From assembly GCF_009914755.1 (NCBI RefSeq), contig NC_060925.1: DNA of 64,000 bases. One strand, 5' to 3'. The position numbers and the translations under genes were made by a program. This document shows, piece after piece, positions 44,977-64,000 of the stretch (positions within the stretch are counted from its first letter, which is position 1; each line of letters begins with the position of its first letter). Under the pieces are notes generated by a model, which saw only the letters and a list, made by a program, of their open reading frames with translations, ran no database searches and was not told the DNA's origin. The stretch is from the human T2T-CHM13v2.0 reference genome, Homo sapiens.

Positions 44977-45254
44977 TAGATAGGTCTTAGAGTTGTCAAG
45001 CCTCTACTTTTATATAATTGGGAATGCAAAATCCTTGGGTATCTTTTACCTTTGATGAATTTTCAGGAATTTGTTAGTATGCTGATGAGATAATCTAAAG
45101 ATGAAAAGTTGGTACATTCAACTCTAATATTTAAAAGGTTGAAATTCTTTGTCAAGCAGCCCTCACATATATTTTTCCATTTACTGTTTATATCCACTCA
45201 ATACATTTATTGGCTTCCCATGTGACTAAAGAATAATAGGTATATATAATAAAG

Positions 45255-46880
<1,626 letters not shown>

Positions 46881-46998
46881 TCAAGAGACTTTCTGGGTGG
46901 ATTTACACTAATATCAGAACATACTTTGTACCCATTAGTAGTTACTGAATACAGAAAAATTGACTAAGGATAGAGAAATTCTGCTTTTGCCATTTCAG

Positions 46999-47061
46999 GA
47001 GAAGAACCCTTGGTTAGATTGAGTCTTACTGAGAGACTGGGGAAACGAAAATTTTCAGCAG
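46999..47061 (+). CDS. ZC3H11A: ZC3H11A coding exon 8 (EEPLVRLSLTERLGKRKFSA)
   Basis: CATTTCAG| acceptor, CAG|GTAAGA donor, 63 nt. Confidence 0.94.
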
Positions 47062-47453
47062 GTAAGATAAGTTTTGTGTATATCTTTTCTTTTCTGCTTG
47101 TTTGTGCATTAACATGATAGCTTCTCCAAACTCTTTTTATACAGATCTTTGTTATTGGTGCCCCTGTATTGGCTGAAAGCACTTATAAATTCCTCATGTT
47201 TTCATGAGTGCATTATACCTTTTATTGAAGATACAGAGATTTAAAGTGTTACAATTGAACTAGATTATGACCATGACCAGCGTTTTGGAAGGAACTAGAT
47301 TTTAAAAATGGTAAAGAACACCTCTATTTCTCTGAACAAATTTAAATGTGAGTTTTTAGAGGCGAGAAAAATGATTGGTTAATATAATGTGTGTCTCTTA
47401 GAATACAGGAATCCCTAAGAAGAAAGAAGAAAGTATGTATATATAAAATTTGA

Positions 47454-48206
<753 letters not shown>

Positions 48207-48726
48207 TAAATGTCCTAAAAAGGAAACCTTATCTATCTCTATTTTGTGTTGTCTTTGATGCAGTTCTCACTACCCTATCTTCAGAACCGTTCTGAACTTA
48301 GTCACATTTCAAAGTTTCAGACAGTGAGAGATGGGAATGTATTGTTGAATCAGTTATGCACTTTACGCTCTAAGTAATAAAAAACTTTCAGCGATGAGAT
48401 AATGCCCATGAATGAAATTAATATTTGCTGTGGCTTTGCTGTATATCAAAGAACATTATGTAAATTCTCATCGAATCCTTGGCAACCATGAGTAAACCAT
48501 GCACAATGCTTGGCACTTGATATCAGTAAATATTTTCTGCACTGAGCTCAAACTCAGGAAGGGTTAAATAACTTGCCTAAGGTTATAGTCAGATGAATAC
48601 ATTACACGTTATACAGTCATTTACGAAAAAAGCTTAGAAGAGACAGAAATGAGGCAGTCTTTAGAAATCTCTTCTAGCTGTAAATCAAGAAACAATAACA
48701 GTTCTAGATTTTAAGAGCAGTATTTT

Positions 48727-49182
48727 ATTTTTGTTTATTTATTTATTTACAATAGCGCAAATCCACTTTTACTGACTTTTCATTAGCTTAAACCCTTGTG
48801 GTGTACAGCGTCACTCAGATTCTGTGTCCAATAGCATTAGCAGGAAGATTGCTTTGGAATTTGGCATGAACCACACCACTGTTTCCATGGGCTTGAGTTA
48901 CCTTTCCCCAGATGACTCTGGTTTTGTTTGGTTTGCCACCAGGAGTCACTGTGTTGTCCTTTGCTTTGTATACATAAGCACATCTCTTGCCCAAATAGAA
49001 TTTTGTTTCATCTGGGGCATAAACACCTTCAATTTTAAGAAAAGCTATGTGCTCCCTTTTTTTCCGGAGACCCCACTTATAGCCAGCAAAAATGCCCTTG
49101 GACCACAGCCTTCCAGACATACTTCCTTTAAGAAGTCCTGTTCCCAGGAGGCCTCCACAGGATCCAAGATGGTGGGGAGAGC
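48727..49182 (-). pseudogene. RPL35A: RPL35A processed pseudogene, full length
   Basis: [67 protein letters not shown] then premature TGA; 5' UTR, A-rich tail and TSD TAAGAGCAGTATTTT (48712-48726 / 49183-49197) with TTTT/AA nick site. Confidence 0.96.
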
Positions 49183-49309
49183 TAAGAGCAGTATTTTAAT
49201 ATCTCAGCATGTATTTAGAGTACAAACCAAACCAGGGTTCCAAATTAATAGGACTTTCAGCTTGGATAAAGCTGATCTAGAAATTTTAGGTAGAAAAAAA
49301 TAATACTAA

Positions 49310-50988
<1,679 letters not shown>

Positions 50989-51153
50989 TTCCTTACCTCT
51001 TTTCTCCGACATTTTTATGTTTCTAACATTGAACTCTAAGGAAGCTGGTGAACAAACACGCCATATGTATGCAGAACACTTAACAGAATTATGCTATGTT
51101 GTCTGTTTTTGTTGTATTTCTTGTCCTTGCTGAAGATTGACTTGAAATCTTAA

Positions 51154-51330
<177 letters not shown>

Positions 51331-51394
51331 TAATGCTAACAGCTATGGTTTTTCGTTCTTTTGTTCAGGTAAATAGGTTATCTTGTATTTGTTA

Positions 51395-52340
51395 TATTAT
51401 TCACTCAACAAACATTTGATCCTTAGTCTGCTAGATTCTGGGTAGACACCATTGAAAAAAACACCGTCACACTCCTCAGGAGCTTATAGTATAAATGGCA
51501 GGTAGGAATACTTATAAATGCGATAAATTTTGTAACAGAGAAAAGTACACAGTGTTATGGTAACACATAGGAGAGGCATCTATTATTACCATCTGTTAGG
51601 GGAAGGTTCACAGAAGAAGTTATGTTAAAGTTTAGACCTAAGACATGAGTTAGAAATTAGCCAGGTGAAGTTCGAGAGCCAGAGACTGTGTCTCAGGCAG
51701 AGAGAATAACTCCTGCAAAGGCAGAGCTAAGAGTGGTATGCTCAAGGAACTGCATATGGCTGAAACATAGAAATGGGCTGAAGAGTGTGGTGACTAGATC
51801 ATAATATAGTCTTTAAGCCATGTTAGAAAGTTTGGACTTATTCTAAGATAGTAACAACCCATTGAAAGGTTATAAACAGGCCGGGCACGGTAGGTCATGC
51901 CTGTAATCCCAGTACTTTGGGAGGCCGAGGTGGGTGGATCACCTGAGGTCAGATGTTTGAGACCAGTCTGGCCAACATGGCAAAACCCCATCTTTACTAA
52001 AAATACAAAAAAATTAGCTGGGCAGGGTGGCACGCACCTATAATCCCAGCTACTTGGGAGGCTGAGGCAGGAGAATTGTGTGAACCTGGAAGGCGGAGGT
52101 TACAGTGAGCCAAGATCAGTCACCACTGCACTCCAGCCTGGGTGACCGAGTGAGACTTCATCTCAAAAAAAAAAAAAAAAAAAAGAAAGAAAGAAAGGTT
52201 ATAAACAAGGATCACAGGCTCAAATGTGCATTTTAAAACCATTACCTTGCCTGCAATATGGAGACAGATTAGAAGGGGGCAAGCATGCTGGCGTGGAGAT
52301 GAGTTGGCAGGCTGTTAAAATAATCTAGATAAGACGAGGT
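51395..52340 (-). mobile_element. L2 fragment interrupted by an Alu (51879-52195 +)
   Basis: TTCACTCAACAAACATTT..CTCAGGAGCTTATAG..AGGCAGAGAGAA..TGCAAAGGC L2-like 3' region; Alu TSD GAAAGGTTATAAACA. Confidence 0.6.
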
Positions 52341-52413
52341 AGTGGCATAGATTTGGTATTTTGGAAGTTGATTTGGAGACGTGGACTAAATCAAGAGATA
52401 GCTGGGAGTTAGA

Positions 52414-54190
<1,777 letters not shown>

Positions 54191-54222
54191 TAAACTGTAA
54201 AAAGTTTCTGTTCAACTTTTGA

Positions 54223-54321
<99 letters not shown>

Positions 54322-54544
54322 TAAATCCTAAGACCAGATTCTGATTATTTTTTTCTTTGCTGTAAGAGCCTTTGCTTTTTCTCAGATTTACCTGTTGCTT
54401 GCTAGGGCTTTTGATTTTTGTTCTTTTGTAGTTCTGTTTGTTTTTTAAGTAATTGATCAAGTCAGCTCAGACTCAACTGGGATCAATTCCTTTTTTGTGC
54501 TTAGAGATGGTAAAATGATTGTTCATCATAGCATTAATAGTAGG

Positions 54545-54908
<364 letters not shown>

Positions 54909-55108
54909 TAAATATACAATAAAAAGGGTTTAGATAAAATTATGATAGTTATGTGCTAAAATAATTGCTGTCATGAAAAGTCAAATGCTGAACAACAATG
55001 ATATGGAAAAATCAACTTGCATTGTATCAAGTGAAGAAAGATAACAGAGAGCACATACCACTTTTGACCTCCTGATTTAGGGCAACATAAGAATCTTTTT
55101 TTTTTTTT

Positions 55109-56574
55109 TAATTTTTTTTTTTAGTATTTATTGATCATTCTTGGGTGTTTCTCGGAGAGGGGGATTGGCAGGGTCATAGGACAACAGTGGAGGGAAGGTC
55201 AGCAGATAAACATGTGAACAAGGGTCTGTGGTTTTCCTAGACAGAGGACCCTGCGGCCTTCTGCAGTGTTTGTGTCCCTGGGTACTTGAGATTAGGGAGT
55301 GGTGATGACTCTTAACGAGCATGCTGCCTTCAAGCATCTGTTTAACAAAGCACATCTTGCACCGCCCTTAATCAATTTAACCCTGTGTGGACACAGCACA
55401 TGTTTCAGAGAGCACGGGGTTGGGAGTAAAGTTATAGATTAACAGCATCCCAAGGCAGAAGAATTTTTCTTAGTACAGAACAAAATGGAGTCTCCCATGT
55501 CTACTTCTTTCTACACAGACACAGTAACAATCTGATCTCTCTTTCTTTTCCCCACATTTCCCCGTTTTCTATTCGACAAAACCGCCTTCGTCATCATGGC
55601 CCGTTCTCAATGAGCTGTTGGGTACACCTCCCAGACGGGGTGGTGGCTGGGCAGAGGGGCCCCTCACTTCCCAGATGGGGCGGCCGGGCAGAGGCGCCCC
55701 CCACCTCCCAGACGGGGCAGTGGCCGGGTGGAGGCGCCCCCCACCTCCCTCCCGGACGGGGCGGCTGCCGGGCGGAGGGGCTCCTCACTTCGCAGACGGG
55801 GCGGCTGCCGGGCGGAGGGGCTCCTCACTTCTCAGACGGGGCGGCCGGGCAGAGACGCTCCTCACCTCCCAGATGGGGTGGCGGTCGGGCAGAGACACTC
55901 CTCAGTTCCCAGACGGGGCCGCGGCTGGGCAGAGGGGCTCCTCACATCCCAGACGGGGCGGCAGGGCAGAGGCGCTCCCCACATCTCAGACGATGGGCGG
56001 CCGGGCAGAGACACTCCTCACTTCCTAGACGGGATGGCGGCTGGGAAGAGGCGCTCCTCACTTCCCAGACTGGGCGGCTGGGCGGAAGGGCTCCTCACAT
56101 CCCAGACGATGGGCGGCCAGGCAGAGACGCTCCTCACTTCCCAGACGGGGTGGCGGCCGGGCAGAGGCTGCAATCTCAGCACTTTGGGAGGCAAGGCAGG
56201 CGGCTGGGAGGTGGAGGTTGTAGCAAGCCGAGATCACGCCACTGCACTCCAGCCTGGGCAACATTGAGCACTGAGTGAGCGAGACTCCGTCTGCAATCCC
56301 GGCACCTCGGGAGGCTGAGGCAGGCAGATCACTCGCGGTCAGGAGCTGGAGACCAGCCCGGCCAACACGGCGAAACCCCGTCTCCACCAAAACATGCAAA
56401 CACCAGTCAAGTGTGGCGGCGCGCGCCTGCAATCCCAGGCACTCTGCAGGCTGAGGCAGGAGAATCAGGCAGGGAGGTTGCAGTGAGCCGAGATGGCAGC
56501 AGTACAGTCCAGCCTTGGCTTTCACAACTTTGGTGGCATCAGAGGGAGACCGGGGAGAGGGGGAGGGGGAGGGG
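55109..56574 (-). mobile_element. Full-length SVA retrotransposon, antisense to ZC3H11A, probably an older subfamily (SVA_A/B-like)
   Basis: Poly-T tail, SINE-R (TTTATTGATCATTCTTGGGTGTTTCTC...), GC-rich VNTR ~55630-56165, Alu-like domain, short (GGGRGA)n hexamers; TSD GAATC(T)13 at 55091 and 56575. Confidence 0.95.
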
Positions 56575-57457
56575 GAATCTTTTTTTTTTTTTAAAGTTTA
56601 TTTTCTTATTATAGAAACTTATTCTCAGGAGAAACATGCATATGTATGAGATTATTCTAATTTTGTAAAGATATAAACATATACCTTTAAAAAAATCTTC
56701 AAAAATACACGAGAATATAAATAAAATTGGTGTCATCTGGGTATTGAGGTTTTCTTTATATTCTTTCTGTGTTATAATTTTTAAATTTTTTAAATTATGA
56801 AATATAACTACATAAGTATATATATGTACAGTTTAAGGAATAATAAAATGAACATCCATGTATTCAGCCTTCCGTCTTTTTTTTTTTTAATACCTTGCTG
56901 AATTCAGTTTGAGGCTTTTAAAAATTTTATATTTTTACATCTCTATTTATGAATGCTGTTAGCCACCTTAGGTTACTTTTTATCCCCCATCCTTATCTGA
57001 TTTGGATGTTAAAGTTATATTAGCATCATAAAAAGGGAGTCCGATGTTGGACATTCTTATTCTGTTGTATGCAACCTGAATTATTCAGAGATTTCTAGGG
57101 TTTTATCTCTCCCTAGTATGCTGCAGGTTCACTGTTGTGGATCAAACATGGATCATTTTTGTTCATTCTGCTAAATCAGTATTTATGATAATCAGTATTT
57201 ATCATAAATACTGATTCAGTAAATACATAAATACTGATTCAGTGGGCCCTTGAATCTAAAGATTTGTCTTTAGCTCTAGAAAACATTAATTTCTTTTGAG
57301 TATGACTGCCCCACATTTCTTTTTGTTTTCTCCTTGTGAAATTTGTATTAGATAGATGTTGGAACTTTGGGACATATGCCTGCATGTCTCTGTATACTTT
57401 TTGTTTCTTTGTTTTTGGCTAACCTTCTGTGAGCTTTGTTCAACTTTATTTTTTAGA

Positions 57458-57675
57458 CAAGGAATTGACAATTTTTTTCCTGTAAAGGGTCGGATATAAA
57501 TAACTTTGCAGTCCACAGTATTGCAGCTACCCCACTCTGCCATTGTAGAATGAAAGCAGCCATATGCATATGTATGCAATATGTAAATGAATGACTGCTG
57601 GTGTGTTCTAGCAAAACTTCATTTACAAAATTAGGTGGTGGCCATATGGGCTATATATAGTTTGCCTATGCCTTT
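57458..57675. mobile_element. MER58A-like hAT MITE
   Basis: TTTTCCTGTAAAGGG..CTCTGCCATTGTAG..AAAGCAGCCAT..AAACTTCATTTACAAAA..TAGTTTGCC. Confidence 0.6.
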
Positions 57676-57809
57676 TTAAATGGCTGATTTGGGGCCAGCC
57701 TTATCTTTATTATCCAGTCCTTCATATGAATTTATTTTGGCACTTGGTGTTTTTATTTTTCAAGAACTTTCTTTGTTCTCTTATTTTTTTTTCTTTATTC
57801 TCGGCCTGG

Positions 57810-60992
<3,183 letters not shown>

Positions 60993-61096
60993 TAAATGTT
61001 ACCCTTTTGATCCTTTTAATTGCCTGCTTAAATGATAGCTCTCTGTTGGACTGTCTTGATCCAAGAATAGAGAGATCATAAGTCAGTAAGAGATGA

Positions 61097-63137
<2,041 letters not shown>

Positions 63138-63537
63138 TTCTTCGACCTTTTTGTTTATATATGCATGCATGTGAATTTGTTTAATGTTAAACCCATGTTT
63201 AGAACATAATGGAGAACTCTACAGTGTATCATTTTACAGCCTGCTTTAACTTTACCATGTTAATAATTCTTCAAGAAGTTTGTTTTTACTGACCACATGA
63301 TTCTCCATTATACAAATACAGTCTTTTTCTGGACATTCAGATTTTGTTTTACACAATTTAAAGTAATATATTTGTACATAAATCTTTGTGCAGGTATTTG
63401 ATTATTTAGGAATCATTAGTATTTGACTTAGAGTCATGGTTGTCTAGCCTGTGGAATCTGGGTTTTTTATTATTCCATCCATCTGTAATTCTAATCTTTC
63501 ATCTTTAACAGGGTATTGTCTATTTAACATCAAATAA

Positions 63538-63999
<462 letters not shown>

Positions 64000-64000
64000 T

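Noticed and set aside
55594-56525. Long repetitive ORFs (136-222 aa) and a spaced-repeat, CRISPR-like appearance
   Set aside because: SVA VNTR and Alu-like domain; eukaryotic DNA, no unique spacers or cas genes

Overview
Primate, most likely human, genomic DNA from the ZC3H11A/ZBED6 locus (chr1q32.1 in human, from recall). A CpG-island promoter at ~8.6-9.4 kb drives ZC3H11A on the + strand. Non-coding 5' exons are followed by 13 coding exons between 30264 and 63979. These exons total 1939 nt (646 codons + 1 nt) and splice in frame. The gene continues past the window end. The intronless 979-aa domesticated hAT transposase gene ZBED6 (10713-13652) is nested in the first intron on the same strand. 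The introns hold two antisense processed pseudogenes (CHMP5, RPL35A), a full-length antisense SVA, solo LTRs (MLT2A, MLT1, THE1/MST, MER21), Tigger/Charlie-type DNA transposon fossils, L1/L2/MIR fragments and roughly 70 Alu copies or fragments. Most ORFs in the six-frame track are Alu or SVA artefacts. Best leads: a 52-nt double-hairpin micro-retroposon with TSD and A-tail (39438-39524), a duplicated 3' splice-site region (53691/54185), uORF architecture around ZBED6 and the ZC3H11A leader, exon-encoded repeated peptide motifs in ZC3H11A, a GC-AG donor, retained DDE residues in ZBED6, and an 8 kb Alu-free zone. Repeat family names are from recall of consensus sequences, not from a search.
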